DNA of 64,000 nt from Azolla caroliniana. Its lineage: Eukaryota; Plantae; Polypodiophyta. The notes under the pieces were generated by a model. It did no database searches. It was not told where the DNA came from and was given only the letters and a program-made list of their open reading frames with translations. The translations under genes and the position numbers were made by a program. The stretch is from NCBI GenBank assembly GCA_043228905.1, contig JBHGNT010000003.1, positions 16,182,001-16,246,000 of the forward strand, read 5' to 3'. Numbering within the stretch: the first letter of the stretch is position 1; every line of letters starts with the position of its first letter. Shown here in pieces: positions 53,237-64,000 of this stretch.

Positions 53237-53745
53237 CCGACCCTTGATTCGAACTCACGACCTCAACTTCGAAACGAGAGGTTCTCCACCCAATGAGCTA
53301 GTCTTCTTTAATTGATTGTATTATTTTCTCACTCTTTCTTGGTTCCCTACCTTGTTTTCCCTTTCCCCTCTTTATATAAGTGTTGCCATGCATATGGTAA
53401 TGTATGGGAGCATGGCATGCATGCAATGCATGAGTTACATGTAATGCATGATCGCCATTTGGCGCACATGCATTGCATGTGATGAATGATGGCTATGTAT
53501 GAAAATAGATATGGGATAAGTATAATGAATGCATTCTAAAATAACTAACCTAGCTTAGTGGTGTATGCTTGGTGCTTGGTATACAAGGTTGAGGGTTCAA
53601 GTCCCTCAGTTTTACTTAATACAATATATAGCTTCATTCTTATATCATGAAGCACATTTATTACACATTTTTACAAATAAATAGCCTAGCCTAGTGGTAT
53701 GTACATTGTACATTGTATATAAGGATGTGGGTTCAAGTCTCTCAA
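53237..53745. ncRNA. Three tRNA-like A-box/B-box modules in LTR (repeated at ~59704-60215)
   Basis: Minus: TAGCTCATTGG..GTTCGAATC; plus: TAGCTTAGTGG..GAGGG-TTCAAGT-CCCTC and TAGCCTAGTGG..GTGGGTTCAAGTCTCTC. Confidence 0.65.
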
Positions 53746-53797
53746 ATATTATTAAATACAACATTTAAGCTCATTTTTATATCATGAAGCACATTCT

Positions 53798-56700
53798 TCA
53801 CGACACCCACCCCCTCTGAACTTGCACATTGGTTGTGCAGAGTTCATCCAACACTTCTTTCGATTCTTTTAGTTCTTCTACTTCTTCATAAAATTCAGGC
53901 TCTAATGACTCCCTCCTTTTAAATATTTTAATCCTTTTTCCTGCAATTGGGATACGAATTTCTATCCCATCTAATTCATTGAGGAAATATGTGGCTTTAT
54001 CTGTTATTTTCCTAACTTCATAAGGTCCAAACCATCTTTTTGCAAACTTCCGAATAGTACTGTATTGATTATCTAGGCTATTATCATATACTAATACCCA
54101 ATCTCCCTCTTGCACCTTTCTTGGTCGTATTCTTTTCATCTTGTCAAATCTGTCCTTATTCTTGATTCTTGCCTCTTTCAATCTAGTAGCTGCTTTTTCT
54201 ATGTCTTCTGTCCTTGATTGAAGTTGTCGTATTCGAACCGCAAGTAAATCTTCCCTACTCATTTCTGATTCCCAAGGCAACACAACCCATGTAGTTATCT
54301 TTTCTTCAATTGGCATTATTGGCTTCTGTCCTGTGATTAATTCTGCAGGCATATATTCAGTAACAGTGCTGTGAGTTGTCCTATCAGCCCATAGTGCATA
54401 GGGTAAGGTTTTTGGCCAATCACTGACCCGTCCTCTACATGCCTTTGCCAAAGCTTTGACTATTGGCCCATGTCCCCTTTCTACCTTTCCATTAGCTTCT
54501 CGATTGTACGCCGTTGTCAAAGAAAGCCGAATTCCTATTTTGTCGAAAAAATCTTGAGCTTCCACAGAATTGAGTTCTCCCCTATCTGCCACTATCTTCC
54601 CGATACATCCATATCTACAAACAATGTCCTCCAAGATGAATTGACATACTCCTAATGTCCCTTTTGTTCGCAATGAACGACCTTCCACTTGATTTGTTAG
54701 ATCTTCTCTAGCAAGAACCAAGTATCTCTTTTGTCCTACTCCAAGTGGCATTGTTACCAAATCTATCATCCACTTGTAATGCACCCCCGATGAGTATGTT
54801 GGGTGTAATTCATCACAAAATTTTACATTTGAATAATATTGACAAGTGGGACAAGTTTCTACATACTTTTTTATTTGCTCATAGTATCGAGGCCACCAAA
54901 ATCGTTCTTTAATCTTACTGAAAGTGGCCCACACTCCTCGATGACCAGCCCATTCTTTGTCATGCAGCTCTCTGATTATCTCCTTTCTTTGCCCTTCGGA
55001 ACCTATTACTCTTTGTGGGTTTCCAATCTTGGTTTTCGGATGTCGCCATAGATATCCTTCATGTAGGAAGAACTTATGGGCTTTCTTACGAAACTGTGCG
55101 AACTCTTTTCCAGATGGACCTTTGTACTTGTCAGGGGTTTGTAGGTATTTCCCTATTTCCTTGAATTCTTCTTCATACTCCTCTTCTAGAAACTGCATTC
55201 CTCCTTCCCGGGTAATGCTTGTGGTAAGGACTGTTTGTTCTTTGTCCTCATCGTCCGAGTCTGGAATCTCCTCTTCCTCATACCTTGCACTTGATAACAT
55301 ATCTGCTACTGCATTTCTATTCCCAAAGATATGTCGAACTTCAGGGTTGACTGATCTAATATAGATACACCATCTTAACATGGCTTGATCTGGAATATCA
55401 CAATTAGCTATGATACCAAGAATAGGCAAACAATTTGTTTCTATTATTACTTCAGCACCAATTAAGTAATCTCTGTCTGTCTTTACTGCTGTTACTATCC
55501 CCCATAGCTCTCTTTTCACTTGTGCATATTTTCTTTGTCGACCACTAAGAACCTTTGCTCCGAATCGGACTGGATACCTTTCTTCCCCATCTTGTTGGCT
55601 TATCACCCATCCAATTCCAATGGGACTAGAGTCTACTGTGAGATATATGGGTCGGGTGTAGTCAGGTTGCTTTAATGGTGGAGCTTGTGCTAAGTAGTAC
55701 TTCAATTTCTTCATTGCCTCTGAATGCTCTTCACTCCATTCAAATATCTCTCCTTTTCTTAGGAGTCTATATAAAGGTTCAGATAAATGGGCATAATGCG
55801 GAATCCATTTACAGTAAAAAACACATACCCCCAGAAACCTTCGTACTTCTAAGACGGATGTACATTCCTCTTGCATATTTTGAATTGCATTGACCTTGGT
55901 TGGGGATGGCTTTCTTCCGTATGGGCCACACATATGACCAACTATTAATATCTCTTTTGCCCCAAATATTGACTTCACACCTGATAAGGTCAAATGCACC
56001 TCTTCCATCCTTGATAACACCTTCTCACAATCCTTGATATGATCAGCAACAAATTGACGGCAACCACTTTCGTCCAATTCCTCGATCTTCTCTTCCTCCT
56101 TGCATCCCTTAATTGGAACATCATCTAGAAAAGGCATTGTAATATGAGGAATAAAATCACGAAGTACCTTGTTCATTCCATTCATCATATGCGCCACTGA
56201 GTTGGTCGCTCCTTGCGGCAAGGTGCACATCCGTACTAACCCTATAGGTGTCTTGATAGAAGTTATATCTCGACTTTTGATAGCAAGTTGAAATTGATCA
56301 TACCCGGAATAAAGGTCTCCCATTGAATATATAGCTCTTCCTGCAAACATCTCAACAAACTCATCCACAATTGGCCCTACTCCCGAGTTTCGGATTGTTA
56401 CCTTATTCACGGGTTGCATATCTTGGATAAATCGGAGTCGCCCATCTTTCTTTAACACAGTGAACCATCGACTCGAGTAAGGAGCATTCGATGGTTCCAA
56501 GATACCCATCCTTATCTTTTCTTTCAAAAGTTCTAATAGTTGAGGGATTCTAGCCCTAGGCATGGGTATTGGCTTAAAGTTCCATGGAATATGAGGGATA
56601 GTGAATATAACCATGGGCTCCACAATTTCTGGATCCACACACCCTATTTCCTCCGGTTGGAATGCGAATGCCTTTCCATGCCTTTTTAACATCTCCCTGA

Positions 56701-57049
56701 ACTGCTTTTCTTCAGCGGGTAATAGGAAGTCACCCCCTCCTATTTTCATCCCTTGTATTGTTTCCGGAGTAAACACATGTCCTACCTTTTGTGGGTCTCT
56801 GATCATTGGCTCAGTGGCTGCTTCTTTGATTGCCTTTTCACTATCCCCTGGAAGTGGAGCAACAATAGGACGAACCTTCTTCTCCACTGTCTTGTATTTT
56901 GTTAGTACATGTGCTTCATGATCCTTTCGAGCAACTTCTTCAATGACCTCGTACATCTTGATTGAATGGACAGGAACTTGGATTTCGTTGTCTTCTTCAA
57001 TTGCTTCCAAATGAGTTATTGTATCTTCAAAACTTAATTCTTCAAACAT
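53798..57049 (-). CDS. Pol (RT, RNase H, integrase), 1083 aa; frame open upstream to ~57260
   Basis: DLYSGYDQF, LPQGATNS, PFLDD, VDSS, HHCC-type zinc region, ADRG, ANGKVERG, WFGPYEV. Confidence 0.92.
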   Translation of the reverse strand: MFEELSFEDTITHLEAIEEDNEIQVPVHSIKMYEVIEEVARKDHEAHVLTKYKTVEKKVRPIVAPLPGDSEKAIKEAATEPMIRDPQKVGHVFTPETIQGMKIGGGDFLLPAEEKQFREMLKRHGKAFAFQPEEIGCVDPEIVEPMVIFTIPHIPWNFKPIPMPRARIPQLLELLKEKIRMGILEPSNAPYSSRWFTVLKKDGRLRFIQDMQPVNKVTIRNSGVGPIVDEFVEMFAGRAIYSMGDLYSGYDQFQLAIKSRDITSIKTPIGLVRMCTLPQGATNSVAHMMNGMNKVLRDFIPHITMPFLDDVPIKGCKEEEKIEELDESGCRQFVADHIKDCEKVLSRMEEVHLTLSGVKSIFGAKEILIVGHMCGPYGRKPSPTKVNAIQNMQEECTSVLEVRRFLGVCVFYCKWIPHYAHLSEPLYRLLRKGEIFEWSEEHSEAMKKLKYYLAQAPPLKQPDYTRPIYLTVDSSPIGIGWVISQQDGEERYPVRFGAKVLSGRQRKYAQVKRELWGIVTAVKTDRDYLIGAEVIIETNCLPILGIIANCDIPDQAMLRWCIYIRSVNPEVRHIFGNRNAVADMLSSARYEEEEIPDSDDEDKEQTVLTTSITREGGMQFLEEEYEEEFKEIGKYLQTPDKYKGPSGKEFAQFRKKAHKFFLHEGYLWRHPKTKIGNPQRVIGSEGQRKEIIRELHDKEWAGHRGVWATFSKIKERFWWPRYYEQIKKYVETCPTCQYYSNVKFCDELHPTYSSGVHYKWMIDLVTMPLGVGQKRYLVLAREDLTNQVEGRSLRTKGTLGVCQFILEDIVCRYGCIGKIVADRGELNSVEAQDFFDKIGIRLSLTTAYNREANGKVERGHGPIVKALAKACRGRVSDWPKTLPYALWADRTTHSTVTEYMPAELITGQKPIMPIEEKITTWVVLPWESEMSREDLLAVRIRQLQSRTEDIEKAATRLKEARIKNKDRFDKMKRIRPRKVQEGDWVLVYDNSLDNQYSTIRKFAKRWFGPYEVRKITDKATYFLNELDGIEIRIPIAGKRIKIFKRRESLEPEFYEEVEELKESKEVLDELCTTNVQVQRGWVS

Positions 57050-57198
57050 ATCCTGAATTTCTTCATCATCCTCTATTAATCCAGAACACTTAAAGTACTC
57101 GAAAGCATTTTGTATTTTATTATTATTTACTTTTAGTATAAAAGTAGCACCATTAGATGAGATTGTACAAGGAATATCTTTATTTACATTATTATTTA

Positions 57199-57262
57199 TG
57201 GGGTTTTCTTTTATGCTCGGGCTATCACAGCCCCTACTTGTAAAAGCCCTATCTAAAAATCC
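57199..57262 (-). promoter_or_regulatory. Putative -1 ribosomal frameshift signal
   Basis: G GAT TTT heptamer, 6-nt spacer, stem GGGCTTTTACA/TGTGATAGCCC, loop GGGG complementary to downstream CCCC; pol lies in the -1 frame. Confidence 0.75.
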
Positions 57263-59364
57263 TGGGAAAACTCTTCATCCATCTCTTGAATTGGATGTTC
57301 CCTCAAGCATTCTTTGTTTCTTTCATGGTTGGGCCTCACGGTTAAGAATTGGACAGTCTTTCTTCCATCTTGACTCTTGATTCTCGCGAAAGCCGAACCA
57401 TCATCAATAACCTTTGTTTCCATCCTCACTGCGGTGATGTAGGGCTGGCCAAGGATGACGGGGTAGGTTGATCGATCCTGCACAAAGAAATTTTGATTCA
57501 CCGAGACATCACCAATTGTTACCTTCACACTAGGACATGCTCCGAATAGATCCTCCGTAGTTTCTGTGGCAGCTCTTATTTTCCACCCATGATTCTTGTT
57601 GATCGGCCACCGTCCTCGAGCGTAAAATTCCTATGACATCATGTTAATCTCGGATCCATGATCGATCAAAGCAATACATGGAATTTGCTGCTCCCCAATT
57701 TTTGCAGGTGCCTCTGTTGTTGCTCGAGCCCAATGATCCCTTGTATAGTGACTCCTATCCCCTTCATGGACACCAACATCATTCTGGTTTTTTACACTTG
57801 CAGCATTGATGGTGCCACCATACAAATCTTGGAGTGTTGTTGCACACCCTCCCATAATTTCCTCCGTCACCTGTCTCTTCCTTCTAATAATATCTATGAT
57901 AACTTCATGAAATTCTTTCTTTGCTATACCCAACACTTCTCGTAAAGTAAATTCTACCTTACTATTTAGTATTCTTGTTTCTAGTACCTTTTTTATATTT
58001 GTCGTAGTTTCTATGTCTGAGGCAAGCTTGAAAGATGGGCCTGTCTTTCCTTTTACTTTATCAGCTTCCTTTGGCTCAGTAGCACCCTTTTCCATGTCCC
58101 TTCTCTTCTGTTCTCGTGTCTCATGTCTCTTTGTCGGATCAGCTTCCTCAGCTCTCTTTCGCTTCTCTTCCACTAGCACATCTTGTGCATTCACTTGGGT
58201 GAATGCTGATAGCGCGTCTACTAGATCATTCCATCTAGTGAAGTTTCGTATTTCATCTCCCGCTCTTTTTAATTCATCCACTCGAACCTTCCCTTTTCTT
58301 GCATAATCCATCACATCTTGCCAAAAGCCAAATCCACCATATGAGTCTTCTACACGCAACCCTAATGTTGCCACGGATTGTATCGCTTGAGTCGTTTCTC
58401 TCTCGGCATCTTCCATTAGCTTTTTCATTCCTCCTCGCCCGAAGTTGAGTTGAAGTGGTTGTCGAGTCTCTGTCGAGTGAATCTTGCCCTCTTGATAGTA
58501 GATTTTATTATGATTAAGAGCATCCATATGCTCTTGACAATCTTTCTTCTGGTGGTCGATACTATCACACCACATACACCTTCGGACCATTCCACCTCTC
58601 TGCCTTGATGAAGTCGAGCTTTGTCCCGATTCTAGCTTTGTCACTTTGATCGACAAGTCTTTCATGCCTTTCACCAATTCGTGTAAGAGTGATTCTTCTA
58701 CTTTCTTTTCTCCCGACTCGTTCCCTGTTTCTTCATCATTTCTGTCGGGCAACTCCATAAACCATAACTTTCTTTTGCAGAAATGGGCGCACGTCCTTTT
58801 CACCTCCTCCCAGTCTTCGGTAAGTCCACTTGGACTATTCTGATCTTCTAAAAGCATTCCCAAGTCCTTCCTGTCTTTAATATTAGTAGCTTGTAGAAAC
58901 AATATGACTTTATCTGGCACTATTATATTTCTATCTCTAACATTTAGTTGCTCAAATGTTTCAGAAAACTCTTTTAATACTTCCAAAACACTTAAATGTT
59001 TATTAGACTCTACCCAATCCATGAAGGGTCGCCTTGTCATCCTTGACATATCGTTGAGGTTGTATTCATTTAGCAATGCTCTTTCAAAAGTCACCCATGT
59101 CTGATGTTCCCTCTGTAGCTCCTGGATCCTTTCTTGTAGCCCAATCGCAACGACTCGACTAAAGCTATTAATTTTTGCAGCTTCGTCGACACCGCGTTTA
59201 AGCATTTCTTCATTATAAATCTTTAGAAATCTTGTTAAATTTATACCTTCGAAGATTCCTATTCGAGCAAGAATATTGTCGACGGCTTTGTCGATGCTTG
59301 CCATCATCCCTTGTTCCCGCATCACTCGTTCCATCATCGTACTAAGCCTCATTTTCTCCTCCAT
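57253..59364 (-). CDS. Gag-protease ORF with one internal TAG (57631-57633)
   Basis: CMWCDSIDHQKKDC knuckle; ALIDHGSEIN protease motif; same frame continues to VILGQPYI..FSQDF*. Confidence 0.85.
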
Positions 59365-59381
59365 TTCTCCTCGTCGCCGCC

Positions 59382-59399
59382 TTCACGTCGGGTTCACCA
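59382..59399 (-). promoter_or_regulatory. Primer-binding site complementary to tRNA-Trp 3' end
   Basis: Plus strand TTCACGTCGGGTTCACCA matches the plant cytosolic tRNA-Trp 3' end as I recall it; not database-checked. Confidence 0.8.
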
Positions 59400-62300
59400 A
59401 ATGTGTCGGGGTAGTTGTGGTTCGTGCGGCGAAGTAGCAGGGACTAAGGTTAAGGGGAGTTGAAGGAACTTTTATAAGGCTTGCGCGCAAATGTTAGGAA
59501 GATAAAGGATATGAAGAATAATAGTTTAAAGTAATATGTGAGAGAGAGAGACTAGTATAGATAAAAGATAGAGGCAATGTATGATTCAAGACGCAAGATA
59601 GAGACAAAGTATGATTTAAGACAAAAAAGTATATGATATGTATTACGAATACAAGAATTTACCAACTTTACAATGTTTGGTAGTAAGATGAACCCTTTCT
59701 CTACCGACCCTTGATTCGAACTCACGTCCTCAACTTCGAAACGAGAGGTTCTCCACCCAATGAGCTAGTCTTCTTTAATTGATTGTATTATTTTCTCACT
59801 CTCTCTTGGTTCCCTACCTTGTTTTCCCTTTCCCCTCTTTATATAAGTGTTGCCATGCATATGGTAATGTATGGGAGCATGGCATGCATGCAATGCATGA
59901 GTTACATGTAATGCATGATCGCCATTTGGCGCACATGCATTGCATGTGATGAATGATGGCTATGTATGAAAATAGATATGGGATAAGTATAATGATGAAA
60001 ATGCATTCTAAAATAACTAACCTAGCTTAGTGGTGTATGCTTGGTGCTTGGTATACAAGGTTGAGGGTTCAAGTTCCTCAATTTTACTTAATACAATATA
60101 TAGCTTCATTCTTATATCATGAAGCACATTTATTACACACTTTTACAAATAAATAGCCTAGCCTAGTGGTATGTACATTGTACATTGTATATAAGGATGT
60201 GGGTTCAAGTCTCTCAAATATTATTAAATACAACATTTAAGCTCATTTTTATATCGTGAAGCACATTCTTCACGACAACGGTTACAACAGACACATGCTC
60301 TGTATCGCTCTCTCTCTCTCTCTCTCTGTAGAGTCGTTACACCAATTACGCTATACAAAGATAATAAAAGCAACAATAATATACACACTGTTTGCCCTAG
60401 GTCACATTTATACTAATATGACATTAGGACTATTTACAGATATAGCCCCAATGGGCTCTCAAAAACATATCTACATATATGTCCCTTCATCCGGTGAGAG
60501 GTTCTCATCGGGTCTTCCGTTGCCGGGTACTCCACATCCGGTTCTCATCAGGTCTTCCTTGTCGGGTACTCCACATCCGATTCTCATTGGGTCTTCTGAT
60601 GCCGGGCCTTCGTATCCCATCCGGAGGCACCGAGATCCTAACAATCTCCCCCTTCACTCTGGCATGGGATGCCTCGTCAATCCGATCCGCTTCTGGCATG
60701 CGTCTAACTTGTCGGGCGTTAGCACCTTGGTCAGCATATCCGACCCGTTCTCCTCCGTGTGGATCTTCGTCAGCACGAACTCTCGGTCTTCTACTCGCTC
60801 CCAAATCCAGTGGTACCTTCGCTAGATGTGCTTCGTCCTGGATTGATATGCTGTGTACTTCGCAAGGTGGATGGCACTTTGACTGTCACAATAGAGCCGG
60901 TATTCCTCTTGCCGGATCCCTAACTCTTCGATGAAGTCCTTCATCCATAGTATTTCCTTGCCGGCTTCCACAGCCGCCATGTACTCCGCTTCCGTGGTTG
61001 ACAACGCAACCATCTTCTGCAGCCTCAATTGCCAGGAAACAGCCCCCCCCCCCCCCTCCCCCCCCGCATATGTCATGACATATCCGGATGTTGACCGGTT
61101 GGTATCCGCATCAGCCGACATATCCGAATTGGTGAAACCGTCAAGTTAGGGTTTACCAGAGCCGAATCGGAGACACATACTAGAGGTGCCTTTCAAGTAT
61201 TAGAGTATCCATTTTACCGTATTCCAGTGCTCCTTGCCGGGATTGCTCATAAATCGGCTCACCACTCCGACTACATATCTGATATCCGGTCGGGTACACA
61301 CCATTGCGTACATTAGGCTCCTGACGGCAGAGGCATATGGTATCTTCATCATATCTGCCTTCTCTGCCTTCGTCTTTGGGCTTTGCAGTTTGCCGGAAGT
61401 GTCGATCCTACCAGTTTCACATCTAACATGTTGCACCGCTGAAGCACCTTTGTCACATACTTCTCCTGTGACAACCACAATTGCTTCGTTGGCCGGTCCC
61501 GGATGATATGCATCCCCAACATCTGTTTTGCCGGACCCAAGTCTTTCATTGAGAAGGTCCGGTTCAGGGCCTTCTTCAACATCCGTATCTTGACTTGGTC
61601 TCGTCCGACGATCAACATGTCGTCCACGTACAAGAGGAGTATCAGGAAGTCTCCACCTTTGAACTTCTTCACAAATACACAGTAATCAGCCTGCGTCTTG
61701 TGGTACCCTTGATTGGTCATGAAGGAATCGAACTTCCAGTACCATTGCCGGGGAGCCTGCTTCATCCCGTAGAGGCTCTTTTTTAACTGGCAAACCATGT
61801 GCTCCTTCCCTTTCTTCACAAATCCCTCCGGTTGCTACATGTAGATCTCCTCTTCGAGGTCGCCATGGAGGAATGTCATCTTCACGTCTAACTGCTCTAC
61901 CTCGAGGTCCATGCTTGCCGCTATGCTCTGGACCGCCCGGATGGAAGTCATCTTTACTACCGGGGCAAATATCTCGTCGAAGTCCATGCCCTTCTTCTGT
62001 TGGAACCCCTTCACCACGATCCTGGTTTTGTAACTTGTACACCCACTTGTTTCAGAGTGCCCTCTTTCCTTTCGGCAACTCCACCAATTCATACGTGTGG
62101 TTCTCATGCAGGGAATCCATCTCGTCTTGCATGGCACTCAACCACTTGCGGCTATGGGTGTCATCCTTTGCTTCCTCGAAGCTTTCCGGCTCCCCCTCAT
62201 CGGTCAGCAGCACATGCTCTGCATCCGGAAATCTCCGGGGGGCCCTTCTGTCTCTGAGAGGATATCTCCGTCTTTGGCTTTCCGCAACCGGCTCCTATAT

Positions 62301-64000
62301 TTGTTCTTCATCCGAATCCGATTCGGGGTCTTGGCTGGTTCCGGTTTCAGCTTCCTCTACTTCTTCTTCTGCCAGTTCGGTATCCTCACTGTAACCGACT
62401 GGTTCCTTGAGTGTCAACCGGCTCTTAGCCGGGTGGCTCTGAATCTCATCGGAGTTCATTATCTTTTTCTCCGACTCCCAGTCGGCAAGACTATTGTCCT
62501 CCATGAAGATAATATCTTGGCTCCGGAAAACCTTCTTGTCAACCGGATCCCACACTCAGTAGCCGAACTCATCATCGCCGTATCCGAGGAATATGCATGG
62601 TCGGGTCTTTGGATCCAACTTTCCTCTCCGGTCCTTAGCAACATGCACGTACGCGAGACACCCGAACACCTTCAAATGCCGGTAGGAAACTTCCTTACCG
62701 GTCCACACCTTTTGCGGCGTGTCTCCATCCAAGGGCACTGAGGGTGATCTGTTTATCACATACGTCGTTGTCGACAGTGCCTCAACCCAAAACGTCTTGG
62801 GTATTTTAGCATGTGCTAGCATGCTCCAGCCCCTCTCCATTATGGTCTGGTTCATCCTCTCGGCTACCCTGTTTAGTTCCGGTGTCTTCGGCATGGTAAA
62901 TTCGAGCTGGATTCCCTTCGAGCGGCAATACTCCTCGAATTGCCCCCGATATTCCCCTCCGTTATCTGCTCGAACTGCCTTCAACTTCCGTCCGGTTTTT
63001 CTTTCCACTCTTGCGTGGAGCTCCTTGAAGACGGATAACACCTGATCCTTTGTCTTCAACGGTGTGGCGCATAGTCACGAAGTACTGCGCTCCGGCATGG
63101 GATTTCGTGTCCACTTGACACACATTGGTATGCACCAACTCCAATGGTGCATTAGGTCTCATCGGTGACCTTGATTGGAAGGAGGTCCAATTTTGCTTAC
63201 CGGCTAGGCAGTTGGTCCACCTCTCAAGATTCACGTTCTTCACCGGAATGAGGTTGTCATCGGCAAGCCTCTTCATCCCCTTCACGTTCATGTGACACTG
63301 CCTCTTGTGCCAAAGCTCACCGGCAGTGTCGGAAGCCACACTTCTTCCGAGCATAACCAAGTATTCATTAGGTACAACATGATGACCTTCCGGGCCCGAG
63401 CCACTATCAGGCTCCCTTTGCTGAATTTCATGACTCCGTTCTAGATGCTACCCGTGTACCCTTCATCATCTAGCCGACCGGCTGATATCAGGTTCAGTTA
63501 AACCTCCCGAACATGTCGGACATCCTTCAGTAGCAGCTTGCATCTGGTTGGTGTTGTCAACCACATGTCTCCTATGCTGACAATTCGGCATGTACCTTCA
63601 TTCCCCATCCGGACACAGCCGTGATCACCGGTTGTGTAGGATGAGAAGTATTTTTGGTCCGGGGTAAGGTGGAACGACGCTCCGGAATCGACAACCCACG
63701 TTGTCTCGTCGCCGGCAAGGTTCAACTCACTCTCCTCGGTGATGAGCATCAACTCTTCTTCACTTGTTGCGATTGCCGTCGTTCCCTTCCGGTTCGTTCC
63801 CCTCTGGTCTTTACCATTCCAGTCCGGTGTCCGCTTCGAATCGGTACCGTCGGTTTCCTTGTCTTTTCGGAAGTGCCGACAGTTCTTCTCGAAGTGTCCC
63901 AACTTACCGCAATAGAAGCAAGTACGCCTCCCCCTTGACTTTGACTATGTCCCCGACTTTTCCCGGTTCTGGGGACTACGGTTCCTTTGTCTTCCGCGTT

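Larger units (their letters stand above)
52937..60277 (-). mobile_element. Near-intact Ty3/Gypsy (non-chromovirus) retrotransposon, tRNA-Trp-primed
   Basis: LTRs 52937-53805 and 59404-60277 (TG..CA, highly similar); PBS 59382-59399; PPT 53806-53817; TSD GCGG/ACGG; gag-PR and RT-RH-INT ORFs. Confidence 0.95.
52685..64000 (-). mobile_element. Degenerate Copia element (related to A), running off the window; its 3' LTR hosts a Gypsy insertion
   Basis: LTR 52685-52936 + 60278-60643; PPT at 60644; RNase H, RT (LLYVDDML), INT (RADNGGEY), PR (WVVDSGAS) and zinc knuckle, with many disablements. Confidence 0.9.

Noticed and set aside
53237-53745. Functional tRNA genes
   Set aside because: No clear acceptor stem or canonical anticodon arm; only A/B boxes and T-arm are retained
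57631-57633. Programmed stop-codon readthrough in the protease
   Set aside because: The TAG falls just after the catalytic motif and is one C-to-T change from CAG; simple mutation is more parsimonious
61043-61066. Poly-C run giving GGEGGGG in RNase H
   Set aside because: Homopolymer slippage or sequencing error in a dead Copia copy

Overview
Eukaryotic land-plant genomic DNA; the TE repertoire suggests a seed-free plant such as a fern (inference). The left third holds one complete minus-strand gene of 18 coding exons (331-19831, about 848 aa) for a DENN-domain Rab-GEF-like protein. Its introns carry several RTE-X-like LINE copies, a Copia gag remnant, small repeats and a 100-N assembly gap. 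The right two-thirds is a gene-free nest of retroelements built on a degenerate L1: solo LTRs with TSDs, a chromovirus-like Gypsy, three Tnt1/Tork-like Copia elements, a gag-protease-only LTR element, and a near-intact tRNA-Trp-primed Gypsy (52937-60277). That last element is the most unusual. It has a slippery heptamer plus predicted pseudoknot for -1 frameshifting placed after the protease, three tRNA-like A-box/B-box modules in each LTR, an RY-motif cluster and a 4-bp TSD. Also notable are a 56-bp-periodic hairpin/spacer array in a Gypsy leader and two cases of upstream flank duplicated between LTR copies. All calls were made by eye; no database searches were run.
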